DNA of 62,584 bases, counting the filler, from Nemertoderma westbladi (Eukaryota > Animalia > Xenacoelomorpha): the NCBI GenBank assembly GCA_032718475.1. It is 3 parts of 3 records of this genome, joined end to end, with 100 filler letters (N's around TTAATTAATTAA, not from the genome) between each part and the next. Parts side by side here need not be neighbours in the genome. Positions count along the whole stretch, not along the records: positions 1 to 21,987 come from JAUCBJ010006260.1; positions 22,088 to 49,172 come from JAUCBJ010005105.1; 1 more part is not named here. One strand, 5' to 3'. The notes under the pieces are model-generated. The model had not been told where the DNA came from, searched no databases, and saw only the letters and a list, made by a program, of their open reading frames with translations. The translations under genes were made by a program, and so were the position numbers. Shown here in pieces: positions 12,937-25,000 of the stretch. The stretch's first letter is position 1. The number at the start of each line of letters is the position of its first letter.

Positions 12937-15900
12937 TCGATAAAATTAGGACCAGATTAAATTACTGGCAGCAAAACTTGGGATAGGAGTAGCGCCCACC
13001 CCTACTACCTCCGGGTAGCAGATAGGAGTAGCGCCCACCCCTACCCTCGGGTAGCAGATAGGAGTAGCGCCCACCCCTACTACCTCCGGGTAGCAGATAG
13101 GAGTAGCGCCCACCCCTACCCTCGGGTAGCAGATAGGAGTAGCGCCCACCCCTACCCTCGGCTAGCAGATAGGAGTAGCGCCCACCCATACCTTCGGGTG
13201 GCAGATAGGAGTAGCGCCCACCCCTACCCTCGGGTAGCAGATAGGAATAGCGCCCACCCCTACCTTCAGGTAGCAGATAGGAGTAGCACCCACCCCTACC
13301 TTCGAGTAGCAGATAGGAGTAGCGCCCACCCCTACCTTCAGGTAGCAGATAGGAGTAGCACCCACCCCTACCTTCGAGTAGCAGATAGGAGTAGCGCCCA
13401 CCCCTACCTTCAGGTAGCAGATAGGAGTAGCGCCCACCCCTACCTTCGGGTAACAGATAGGAGTAGCGCCCACCCCTACCTTCGAGTAGCAGATAGGAGT
13501 AGCGCCCACCCCTACCTTCGGGTAACAGATAGGAGTAGCGCCCACCCCTACCTTCAGGTAGCAGATAGGAGTAGCGCCCACCCCTACTACCTCTGGGTAG
13601 CAGATAGGAGTAGCGCCCACCCCTACCTTTGGGTAGCAGATAGGAGTAGCAGCCACCCCTACCTTCGGGTAGCAGATAGAAGTAGCACCCACCCCTACCT
13701 TCGGGTAACAGATAGGAGTAGCGCCCACCCCTACCTTCGGGTAGCAGATAGAAGTAGCATCCACCCCTACATCCGGGTAGCAGATAGGAGTAGCGCCCAC
13801 CACTACCTTCGGGCAACAGATAGGAGTAGCGCCCACCCCTACCTTCGGGCAACAGATAGGAGTAGCGCCCACCCCTACCTTCGGGTAACAGATAGGAGTA
13901 GCGCCCACCCCTACCTTCAGGTAGCAGATAGGAGTAGCGCCCACACCTACCTCCGGGTAGCAGATAGGAGTAGCGCCCACCACTACCTTCGGGCAACAGA
14001 TAGGAGTAGCGCCCACCCCTACCTTCGGGTAGCAGATAGGTGTAGCGCCCACCCCTACCTCCGGGTAGCAGATAGGAGTAGCGCCAACACATACCTTCGG
14101 GTAGCAGATAGGAATAGCGCCCACCCCTACCTTTGGGTAGCAGATAGGAATAGCGCCCACCCCTACCTTAGCGCCCACCACTACCTTCGGGCAACAGATA
14201 GGAGTAGCGCCCACCCCTACCTTCGGGTAGCAGATAGGAGTAGCGCCCACACCTACCTCCGGGTAGCAGATAGGAGTAGCGCCCACCCCTACCTTCGTGT
14301 AGCAGATAGGTGTAGCGCCCACCCCTACCTCCGGGTAGCAGATAGGAGTAGCGCCCACACATACCTTCGGGTAGCAGATAGGAATAGCGCCCACCCCTAC
14401 CTTCGGGTAGCAGATAGGAGTAGCGCCCACCCCTATCTTCGGGTAGCATTTAGGAGTAGCGCCCACCCCTACCTTCGGGTAACAGATAGGAGTAGCGCCC
14501 ACCCCTACCTTCAGGTAGCAGATAGGAGTAGCGCCCACACCTACCTCCGGGTAGCAGATAGGAGTAGCGCCCACCACTACCTTCGGGCAACAGATAGGAG
14601 TAGCGCCCACCCCTACCTTCGGGTAGCAGATAGGTGTAGCGCCCACCCCTACCTCCGGGTAGCAGATAGGAGTAGCGCCCACACATACCTTCGGGTAGCA
14701 GATAGGAATAGCGCCCACCCCTACCTTCGGGTAGCAGATAGGAATAGCGCCCACCCCTACCTTAGCGCCCACCACTACCTTCGGGCAACAGATAGGAGTA
14801 GCGCCCACCCCTACCTTCGGGTAGCAGATAGGAGTAGCGCCCACACCTACCTCCGGGTAGCAGATAGGAGTAGCGCCCACCCCTACCTTCGTGTAGCAGA
14901 TAGGTGTAGCGCCCACCCCTACCTCCGGGTAGCAGATAGGAGTAGCGCCCACACATACCTTCGGGTAGCAGATAGGAATAGCGCCCACCCCTACCTTCGG
15001 GTAGCAGATAGGAGTAGCGCCCACCCCTATCTTCGGGTAGCATTTAGGAGTAGCGCCCACCCCTACCTTCGGGTAGCAGATAGAAGTAGCACCCACCCCT
15101 ACCTTCGGGTAACAGATAGGAGTAGCACCCACCCCTACCTTCGGGTGGCAGATAGGAGTAGCGCCCACCCCTATCTTCGGGTAGCAGATAGGAGTAGCGC
15201 CCACCCCTACTACCTCCGGGTAGCAGATAGGAGTAGCGTCCACCCCTACCTTCGGGTAGCAGATAGAAGTAGCGTCCACCCCTACCTTCGGGTAGCAGAT
15301 AGGAGTAGCGCCCACCCCTGCCTTCGGGTAGCAGATAGAAGTAGCACCCACCCCTACTACCTCCGGGTAGCAGATAGGAGTAGCGCCCACCCCTACCTTT
15401 GGGTATCAGATATTAGTAGCGCCCACCCCTACCTTCGTGTAGCAGATAGGAGTAGCGCCCACCCCTACCTTCGGGTAGCAGATAGAAGTAGCACCCACCC
15501 CTACCTCCGGGTAGCAGATAGGAGTAGTGCCTACCCCTAACCTCCACCCTCGGGTAGCAGATTAGGAGTAGCGCCCACCCCTACCTTCAGGTAGCAGATA
15601 GGAGTAGCGCCCACCCCTACCTTCGAGTAGCAGAGAGGAGTAGCGCCCACCCCTTCCTTAGGGTAGCAGATAGGAGTAGCGTCCACACCTATACCTTCGG
15701 GTAGCAGATAGGAGTAGCGCCTACCCCTACCCTCCACGCTCGGGTAGCGGATAGGAGTAGCGCACACCCCTACCTTCGGGTAGCAGATAGAAGTAGCACC
15801 CACCCCTACATCCGGGTAGCAGATAGGAGTAGCGCCTACCCCTACCCTCGACCCTCGGGTAGCAGATTAGGAGTAGCGCCCACCCCTACCTTCAGGTAGC

Positions 15901-17860
15901 AGATAGGAGTAGCGCCCACCCCTACCTTCGGGTAGCAGATAGAAGTAGCACCCACCCCTACCTTCGGGTAACAGATAGGAGTAGCACCCACCCCTACCTT
16001 CGGGTGGCAGATAGGAGTAGCGCCCACCCCTATCTTCGGGTAGCAGATAGGAGTAGCGCCCACCCCTACTACCTCCGGGTAGCAGATAGGAGTAGCGTCC
16101 ACCCCTACCTTCGGGTAACAGATAGAAGTAGCGTCCACCCCTACCTTTGGGTAGCAGATAGGAGTAGCGCCCACCCCTACCTTCGGGTAGCAGATAGGAG
16201 TAGCGCCCACCCCTACCTTCGGGTAGCAGATAGAAGTAGCACCCACCCCTACTACCTCCGGGTAGCAGATAGGAGTAGCGCCCACCCCTACCTTTGGGTA
16301 TCAGATATTAGTAGCGCCCACCCCTACCTTCGTGTAGCAGATAGGTATTGCGCCCACCCCTACCTTCGGGTAGCAGATAGGAGTAGCGCCCACCCCTACC
16401 TTCGTGTAGCAGATAAGAGTAGCGCCCACCCCTATCTCCGGGTAGCAGATAGGAGTAGAGCCCACACACACCTTTGGTTATCAGATATTAGTAGCGCCCA
16501 CCCCTACCTTCGTGTAGCAGATAGGTGTAAGGCCCACCCCTACCTTCGGGTAGCAGATAGAAGTAGCACCCACCCCTACCTTCAGGTAGCAGATAGGAGT
16601 AGCGCCCACCCCTACATTTGGGTATCAGAGATTAGTAGCGCCCACCCCTACCTTCGTGTAGCAGATAGGAGTAGCGCCCACCCCTACCTTCGGGTAGCAG
16701 ATAGAAGTAGCGCCCACCCCTACCTTCGGGTAACAGATAGGAGTAGCACCCACCCTTACCTCCGGGTAGCAGATAGGAGTAGTGCCTACCCCCAACCTCC
16801 ACCCTCGGGTAGCAGATAGGAGTAGCGCACACCCCTACCTTCGGGTAGCATATAGAAGTAGCACCCACCCCTACCTTTGGGTATCAGATATTAGTAGCGC
16901 CCACCCCTACATTTGGGTATCAGAGATTAGTAGCGCCCACACATACCTTCGGGTAACAGATAAGAGTAGCACCCACCCCTACCTCCGGGTAGCAGATAGA
17001 TGTAGCACCCACCCCTACCTCCGGATAGCAGATAGGAGTAGCGCCCACCCCTACATTTGGGTATCAGAGATTAGTAGCGCCCACACATACCTTCGGGTAA
17101 CAGATAAGAGTAGCACCCACCCCTACCTCCGGGTAGCAGATAGAAGTAGCACCCACCCCTACCTCCGGATAGCAGATAGGAGTAGCGCCTACCCCTACCC
17201 TCCACCCTCGGGTAGCAGATAGGAGTAGCGCACACCCCTACCTTCGGGTAGCAGATAGAAGTAGCACCCACCCCTACATCCGGGTAGCAGATAGGAGTAG
17301 CGCCTACCCTTACCCTCGACCCTCGGGTAGCAGATTAGGAGTCGCGCCCACCCCTACCTTCAGGTAGCAGATAGGAGTAGCGCCCACCCCTACCTTTGGG
17401 TATCAGATATTAGTAGCGCCCACCCCTACCTTTGGGTAACAGATAGGAGTAGCGCCCACCCCTACCTTCAGGTAGCAGATAGGAGTAGCGCCCACCCCTA
17501 CCTTTGGGTATCAGATATTAGTAGCGCCCACCCCTACCTTCGGGTAGCAGATAGGAGTAGCGGCCGCCCCTACCTTCGTGTAGCAGATAGGAGTAGCGGC
17601 CACCCCTACCTTCGTGTAGCAGATAGGAGTAGCGCCCACCCCTACCTTTGGGTATCAGATATTAGTAGCGCCCACCCCAACCTTCGGGTAGCAGATAGGA
17701 GTAGCGCCCACCCCTACCTTCGGGTAGCAGATAGGACTAGCGCCCACCCCTACCTTCGGGTAGCAGATAGGAGTAGCGGCCACCCCTACCCTCGGGTAGC
17801 AGATAGGAAGGAATAGCGCCCACCCCTACCTTCGGGTAGCAGATAGGAATAGCGGCCACC
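12937..17860 (+). repeat. 36-bp satellite (GGGTAGCAGATAGGAGTAGCGCCCACCCCTACCTTC, ~135 copies) derived from a SINE segment
   Basis: 36-bp period from about 12981; the 5' flank 12937-12980 plus the first unit align to the minus strand of the SINE at 58428-58670. Confidence 0.95.
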
Positions 17861-18186
17861 CATGGAATACTAAATATACACGGAACCAGATAGATGTCCG
17901 ATTTCACGAGTCATTCTTTTTATTGCTTTAATCTATTGTACTCGATGCATGAATAAAAATTTTGAAAAAAAAATTGGTGGTCATCGATCTCGTTGCCATG
18001 GCAACAGACATTTTTCATTTTTTGCCTTTATTTCAATACGATGAGTGAAAATACAGTAAATATTGCTTCCAAATTTGTTCAAAGGTTTAAAGCGATATAC
18101 ATACACTATAGCTTCCGTTTCATCAATAAGTTGCCTGATCTGCTCTGTAACCCAGCATTATTTTTCTTATTCGTCCAACCGGCGCT

Positions 18187-20433
18187 TCAGATCAATTTCC
18201 TTCCCTTGTTTCGCTGAGGCGCCTTAAAACCGTCCAACCCAGTCTTGTAGCTTTCTTTCTCAGCTATTAGCTCAGCCAAGTGATTTCTCTGTGCCTTCAG
18301 AAACACGTTGATAATTTTGCGTAAAAATTTCGAGGAATGACTGGAGTGAATATCGCAAATTATTGATCTTGTATGCAAAGAATCTACTGGAAGCATTTGT
18401 AGGTACTGAAAGAGAACTTCGGCTGATATGAATTTGTCATCTTTAATATTTTTTTGCAGGAATTTATATGCTAGTTCTAGGTTACCGAGGCAATTACAAA
18501 CGAAGTTGACAAGATTTTGATGTGGAATGGTTAAACCACCGCGATTTATATCATGTAGAAAGTGGCGAGATGACTCATTAGATGTAGACCCACTTCTTTT
18601 AGAATCGCTAATGATGTCATTTGTACCGTTTAAATTACAGTGTAGGCAGTTGACCCCTACTGTTTTCACAATCCATCCTGAGATGTATTCAACAATATCT
18701 AGAGATTCTTCATTGACAGTTAGACAACGAAACTCATCTTCATCCACAAATTCAGACACTTCATCGAATAACAACGCGGCTTCATTGTGGAAATCTTTCT
18801 TCAACAGAAAGTCGGATACTTCGAGGTCTTCATCTATGATTAGTCGTATTGATAAAATTTTATTGGAGTTTAGAGCGTCTCGAAGAGCAATTAGAAACCG
18901 GCCACCAGACATTTGTCTATATTTAGAGTAATGTAACTCCAATGCATCGTCTCCAAGGACATGAGTGTTAAACAAGCTGTATCCCAGTTCCTCAAACACG
19001 AGTTTAAACACTTTCTCTGTATTGCGCACAGTCAATAGGAGGGCGTTAAAGGTTTGAGGTGATAGACCTGGCTTTCCCGAATCTCGCCATGCCTCCACCC
19101 AATCGCCAAAGTATTTCAAGAAACTTCGTCTCTCAATCTGGTTTTTGTGGTGTGTCTCAGTATACATAGTGGATGTCTTCGGATTCCTAGTTTTGGTGTT
19201 CATAAATGCCCAAAATAACCTCATCAATCGCACAAAATTTGCTGTCGGACTGTTTCTGTCAATATAATATCTCAGAGCACTCTCTGTACAATCGCTGTAA
19301 AGATTTAGCATAAGCTGAGTGTTTTGTTTTTTCTTCTGGACATGTAATGTCGAGAATGTTAGCTTGGGTGCTCGTCGTAAATGAGCGGTAGTATTATGAG
19401 AAGTGTCCAAACAATAAACTTCGGCCACATCACTAACCTTTGCTTCACTACCTGGTGAAAGTTCAATCGTATCATTCTTAAACTGCCACTTGAACTGTGG
19501 TAAAACAAAGATGCCTAGTTTGAACCAATTATTCCTGGTATTCTTTAATAGATGGTTATAATCGAAGAGCGGAATGATACCTTGTAAAATTTCTGAATTG
19601 TCAAAATGCTTAAATATAGCATTAGCGTTTGTTGGTGAATTATCACTTGTCACCACTCGTGGCGATGTTTGGACTGATCTTAGGTTGCTGCAAACTTCTT
19701 CTAAGTTACTAATTATCTCCCGTCCTGTCATAGCGGTTGCAGTGGGTACAGATTTCACTACTAATGGTTGCCCATGACTCAGACCTCTAACCATAAAACT
19801 ATTCAAAGATCCTATATCCGATTCTGTAACACCACCTTGTGCAAAAACCGCCTCTTTCTGCAAGTGAATTTCGTCCAAATACACAACAACGTTTTTGTCC
19901 ATCTTCATTTTCTGGAGAAGTTTGTATGAATCGATGGATCCTTTAGTTATTTTCTCCAAAACAGATAGACTAGGGAACTGAGGAAAGACAGACAAGAGTT
20001 CCTCGTAGGCTGCCTTACTTCTATATCTAATCATAAGTGCTTTCTTAATCAATGAAGGTTCGAAACGTAAAACCCGACGGCAATGCTTGTTTCTCACAAG
20101 GAAGCGGATGATTTCGTTATCATACTTTGGATCTTGATAGTTTTTTATTTCATTCATCAGTCTGTATAACACACTCTTGCATTTGACTTTTTCAAATCCG
20201 CAGAGCCTTCTATCCAAAAAACTGAAATTTGATAATGGAATTGTACTCCCATTACGGTAAACATCAAAGACATCATGCGATACATTGATTATGTAGCTAC
20301 ATTCAGGTGCCTCTGGGAATGTTTCCGAAATACACATAGCTCCTTCTTTGCCATAGCAAAATATGCTTGCATTCCGATTGTTAAACACATCATCCTCTCT
20401 AAACCATTTGTTTATAGCTTGAGCATCCCAAGT
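18187..20433 (-). CDS. P-element/THAP9-like transposase, exon 2 (RNase H-like DDE domain)
   Basis: Open frame of about 748 codons with YLDEIH, VTSDNSPTN, LFDYNHLLKNTRNN (D-x2-H motif) and DDALELHYSKYRQMSGG; acceptor TCTCATTTTGCAG before 20433, phase 0. Confidence 0.92.
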   Translation of the reverse strand, partial: TWDAQAINKWFREDDVFNNRNASIFCYGKEGAMCISETFPEAPECSYIINVSHDVFDVYRNGSTIPLSNFSFLDRRLCGFEKVKCKSVLYRLMNEIKNYQDPKYDNEIIRFLVRNKHCRRVLRFEPSLIKKALMIRYRSKAAYEELLSVFPQFPSLSVLEKITKGSIDSYKLLQKMKMDKNVVVYLDEIHLQKEAVFAQGGVTESDIGSLNSFMVRGLSHGQPLVVKSVPTATAMTGREIISNLEEVCSNLRSVQTSPRVVTSDNSPTNANAIFKHFDNSEILQGIIPLFDYNHLLKNTRNNWFKLGIFVLPQFKWQFKNDTIELSPGSEAKVSDVAEVYCLDTSHNTTAHLRRAPKLTFSTLHVQKKKQNTQLMLNLYSDCTESALRYYIDRNSPTANFVRLMRLFWAFMNTKTRNPKTSTMYTETHHKNQIERRSFLKYFGDWVEAWRDSGKPGLSPQTFNALLLTVRNTEKVFKLVFEELGYSLFNTHVLGDDALELHYSKYRQMSGGRFLIALRDALNSNKILSIRLIIDEDLEVSDFLLKKDFHNEAALLFDEVSEFVDEDEFRCLTVNEESLDIVEYISGWIVKTVGVNCLHCNLNGTNDIISDSKRSGSTSNESSRHFLHDINRGGLTIPHQNLVNFVCNCLGNLELAYKFLQKNIKDDKFISAEVLFQYLQMLPVDSLHTRSIICDIHSSHSSKFLRKIINVFLKAQRNHLAELIAEKESYKTGLDGFKAPQRNKGRKLI

Positions 20434-20692
20434 CTGCAAAATGAGAAATATTGGTCTATATTCTATATACTCTATATATACTCTATCAAGGTTTCAAACG
20501 CGTAGACAGACAGACAGGCTCACCCCGCAGACAGACCGTGGAGAATAAGAACGATTACTAGTAAGCAGTATACTACGCATGCCAAATTTTTTAAAATTCC
20601 ATGGTACTTTTGCAGTATCCGTCACACATTTTCTGAAAATTGCCCCAATTGAAATGAAAATTGTTAAAATTGCTTGTATATAGTACGCCTTG

Positions 20693-20940
20693 ATTATACA
20701 CTATTCTAGATCATAAATAATACAAATAATATAATGTTCTAGAACATATAGCTAGTTATTTTTCAAATTCAAAATAGCTAGTAATACAAAAAAAATTATT
20801 TATTTATATTATTTATTTTTTAGAAAATTTATCTACCAAATTGGATATTTTTTTATATTTACTAGCTATTTTAAAATTAAAAAAAATGTTCTAGAACATT
20901 GTATTTTTTATTTTATTTACGTTCTAGAATAGTATATAAT
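20693..20940. repeat. AT-rich foldback inside the transposase intron
   Basis: ATTATACACTATTCTAGA ... TCTAGAATAGTATATAAT inverted arms; 24-bp direct repeat CTTGTATATAGTACGCCTTGATTA at 20673 and 21001. Confidence 0.6.
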
Positions 20941-21298
20941 ACTTTTCTATAATTAATATTTAATAGATATCACCGCCCCCAGTTAACTCGATGGAATGGC
21001 CTTGTATATAGTACGCCTTGATTAAAAGTACAAATTCCATATTAAGAAAAACATTCAGATCGTTAGCGCCCCTAGCGGCATACTGGTGCATTGATCCGAG
21101 ACAGATGGTACAACTTACAAACGATTACATTGAATTGAATTGAATAAGCATCAATAGCAGCCGAGCAGAAGGCTCTCAAAAATTAACCGGACAGACACCG
21201 TTGCCTAATGATACCAGTACACTAAGGCTCGCCTTAGCGTACTTAGCTTACTTAAAATGGGTACTGAAATACTTTTTGTAAGTAACTGTCACACCCAC

Positions 21299-21679
21299 CA
21301 GTTGATCCAAGTCTCTAAATTTTGACTCTTGGTCCCTATCGAAGTCCTTTGTCAGTGTTATCCGGTTTGTTGGTTTTTTGCGTCTACCATAGAAGTTAAC
21401 ACGTTTAGAAAGTGTTGTTTCACTCTTCTCTGATCCTGGTAGATATAATGATGGCACAGCGGAATCTCTCAGCTCTTTTCTTTTAAATGGCTTAGCAATG
21501 AAGTCGCTTTGTGAAAAATGTCTCCAACAGACACCAAAACTGTCGCAGGAAAACACCCCTGGCGTTCTCACTGCTTTAAGCCACTTGTCCCTAGTTGATG
21601 TGTCCTTGGGTATACAGTATACCGTAGCACTAGGCCCGGCCCTCACCCCACAATTAGGTACACAACAAACACGAGGCAT
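21299..21679 (-). CDS. Transposase exon 1: THAP zinc-finger DNA-binding domain
   Basis: MPRVCCVPNC...P...R.KW...VCWRHF...AVPSL is the C2CH THAP signature; predicted donor CTG|GTGGGT at 21299/21298 is phase 0 and joins exon 2 to give ~875 aa. Confidence 0.9.
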
Positions 21680-21940
21680 TCGTTATTAATTTATATACTG
21701 TACTGTAGGTAGGACAAGGTGTGTTTTAATCTTAGCTATAGAGGTGTGGTATACAGTACTGTATGTTCTAATCTGATTTCGCACTGTCGTGTCGTTTAAC
21801 CTTGTGAAATTGTATTGTACAACCAAGGCCTTCTAGAACTACAGTAATGCGTTGTATCACAGTTACTATGGAATTACTTAGCCAAGTAGTGTTGACGATA
21901 TAGCGATTTAGATAGTGATGCACGCAACAATTTAATCTCT

Positions 21941-21954
21941 GTTACCATGGCAAC
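21941..21954. promoter_or_regulatory. RFX X-box motif in the transposon TIR (second copy at 17992-18005)
   Basis: GTTACCATGGCAAC here and the perfect palindrome GTTGCCATGGCAAC at 17992; about 260 bp upstream of the THAP ATG. Function not shown. Confidence 0.45.
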
Positions 21955-21987
21955 GAGATCGATGACCACCTATTTTTTTTTCAAAAT

Positions 21988-22087
21988 NNNNNNNNNNNNN
22001 NNNNNNNNNNNNNNNNNNNNNNNNNNNNNNNTTAATTAATTAANNNNNNNNNNNNNNNNNNNNNNNNNNNNNNNNNNNNNNNNNNNN
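21988..22087. other. Assembly gap with artificial TTAATTAATTAA linker
   Basis: N-run with a six-frame stop linker; same structure at 49173-49272. Confidence 0.97.
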
Positions 22088-25000
22088 TGCACCAAAGTCA
22101 CTATGTCAGCACTACATAATCTACAGGATGGCTGTTCACCAAAGTCACTATGTCAGCACTACATACTCTACAGGCTGGCTGTGCACCAAAGTCACTATAT
22201 CAGCACTACATACTCTACAGGCTGGTTGTGCACCAAAGTCACTATGTCAGCACTACATACTCCACAGGCTGGCTGTGCACCAAAGTCACTATATCAGCAC
22301 TACATACTCTACAGGCTGGCTGTGCACCAAAGTCACTTTGTCAGCACTACATACTCTACAGGCTGGCTGTGCACCAAAGTCACTATGACAGCACTACATA
22401 CTCTACAGGCTGGCTGTGCACCAAAGTCACTATATCAGCACTACATACTCTACAGGCTGGCTGTGCACCAACGTCACTATGTCAGCACTACATACTCTAC
22501 AGGCTGGCTGTGCACCAAAGTCACTATGTCAGCACACATACTCTACAGGCTGGTTGTGAACCAAAGTCACTATGTCAGCACTACATACTCCACAGGCTGG
22601 CTGTGCACAAAAGTCAATATGTCAGCACTACTCTACAGGCTGGCTGTGCACCAAAGTCACTATGTCAGCACTACATACTCTACAGGCTGGCTGTGCACCA
22701 AAGTCACTATATCAGCACTACATACTCTACAGGCTGGTTGTGCACTAAAGTCACTATGTCATTACTACATACTCTACAGGCTGGCTGTGCACCAAAGTCA
22801 CTATGTCAGCACTACATACTCTAGGCTGGCTGTGCACCAAAGTCACTATTCAGCACTACATACTCTACAGGCTGGCTGAGCACCAAAGTCACTATGTCAG
22901 TACTACATACTCTACAGGCTGGCTGTGCACCAAAGTAACTGTTAGCACTACATACTCTACAGGCTGGTTGTGCACCAAAGTCACTATGTCAGCACTACAT
23001 ACTCTACAGGCTGGCTGTGCACCAACGTCACTATATCAGCACTACATACTCTACAGGCTGGCTGTGCACCAAAGCCACTATGTCAGCACTACATACTCTA
23101 CAGGCTGGCTGTGCACCAAAGTCACTATGTCAGCACTACATACTCTACAGGCTGGCTGTGCACCAAAGTCACTATATCAGCACTACATACTCTACAGGCT
23201 GGCTGTGCACCAAAGTTACTATGTCAGCACTACATACTCTACAGGCTGGCTGTGCACCAAAGTCACTATGTCAGCACTACATACTCTACAGGCTGGCTGT
23301 GCACCAAAGTCACTATATCAGCACTACATACTCTACAGGCTGGCTGTGCACCAAAGTCACTATGTCAGCACTACATACTCTACAGGCTGGCTGTGCACCA
23401 AAGTCACTATATCAGCACTACATACTCTACAGGCTGGCTGTGCACCAAAGTCACTATGTCAGCACTACATACTCTACAGGCTGGCTGTGCACCAAAGTCA
23501 CTATGTCAGCACTACATACTCTACAGGCTGGCTGTGCACCAAAGTCACTATGTCAGCACTACATACTCTACAGGCTGGCTGTGCACCAAAGTCACTATAT
23601 CAGCACTACATACTCTACAGGCTGGCTGTGCACCAAAGTCACTATGTCAGCACTACATACTCTACAGGCTGGCTGTGCACCAAAGTCACTATGTCAGCAC
23701 TACATACTCTACAGGCTGGCTGTGCACCAAAGTCACTATATCAGCACTACATACTCTACAGGCTGGCTGTGCACCAAAGTCACTATGTCAGCACTACATA
23801 CTCTACAGGCTGGCTGTGCACCAAAGTCACTATGTCAGCACTACATACTCTACAGGCTGGCTGTGCACCAAAGTCACTATGTCAGCACTACATACTCTAC
23901 AGGCTGGCTGTGCACCAAAGTCACTATGTCAGCACTACATACTCTACAGGCTGGCTGTGCACCAAAGTCACTATGTCAGCACTACATACTCTACAGGCTG
24001 GCTGTGCACCAAAGTCACTATGTCAGCACTACATACTCTACAGGCTGGCTGTGCACCAAAGTCACTATGTCAGCACTACATACTCTACAGGCTGGCTGTG
24101 CACCAAAGTCACTATGTCAGCACTACATACTCTACAGGCTGGCTGTGCACCAAAGTCACTATATCAGCACTACATACTCTACAGGCTGGCTGTGCACCAA
24201 AGTCACTATGTCAGCACTACATACTCTACAGGCTGGCTGTGCACCAAAGTCACTATGTCAGCACTACATACTCTACAGGCTGGCTGTGCACCAAAGTCAC
24301 TATGTCAGCACTACATACTCTACAGGCTGGCTGTGCACCAAAGTCACTATGTCAGCACTACATACTCTACAGGCTGGCTGTGCACCAAAGTCACTATGTC
24401 AGCACTACATACTCTACAGGCTGGCTGTGCACCAAAGTCACTATGTCAGCACTACATACTCTACAGGCTGGCTGTGCACCAAAGTCACTATGTCAGCACT
24501 ACATACTCTACAGGCTGGCTGTGCACCAAAGTCACTATGTCAGCACTACATACTCTACAGGCTGGCTGAGCACCAAAGTCACTATGTCAGTACTACATAC
24601 TCTACAGGCTGGCTGTGCACCAAAGTAACTGTTAGCACTACATACTCTACAGGCTGGTTGTGCACCAAAGTCACTATGTCAGCACTACATACTCTACAGG
24701 CTGGCTGTGCACCAAAGTCACTATATCAGCACTACATACTCTACAGGCTGGCTGTGCACCAAAGTCACTATGTCAGCACTACATACTCTACAGGCTGGCT
24801 GTGCACCAAAGTCACTATGTCAGCACTACATACTCTACAGGCTGGCTGTGCACCAAAGTCACTATATCAGCACTACATACTCTACAGGCTGGCTGTGCAC
24901 CAAAGTCACTATGTCAGCACTACATACTCTACAGGCTGGCTGTGCACCAAAGTCACTATGTCAGCACTACATACTCTACAGGCTGGCTGTGCACCAAAGT

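Larger units (their letters stand above)
17861..21987 (-). mobile_element. Autonomous-looking P-superfamily (Galileo-like, long-TIR) DNA transposon; right terminus lost in the gap
   Basis: Left end CATGGAATACTAAATATA at 17861; 17959-18008 is the reverse complement (48/50) of 21938-21987, implying ~148-bp TIRs; encloses THAP and transposase ORFs. Confidence 0.88.

Noticed and set aside
12946-17271. Long repetitive ORFs (up to 780 aa) on both strands
   Set aside because: Translations of the 36-bp SINE-derived satellite; open on both strands and several frames, with frequent frameshifting monomers.
21064-21080. CTCF-like site CCGCTAGGGGCGCTA (minus strand)
   Set aside because: One base short of the core spacing; single weak match.
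18527-21689. Plus-strand ORFs 18527, 19574, 20275 and 21498
   Set aside because: Antisense shadows of the transposase gene.
22032-22043. TTAATTAATTAA motif inside N-runs
   Set aside because: Artificial scaffolding linker, not biological.
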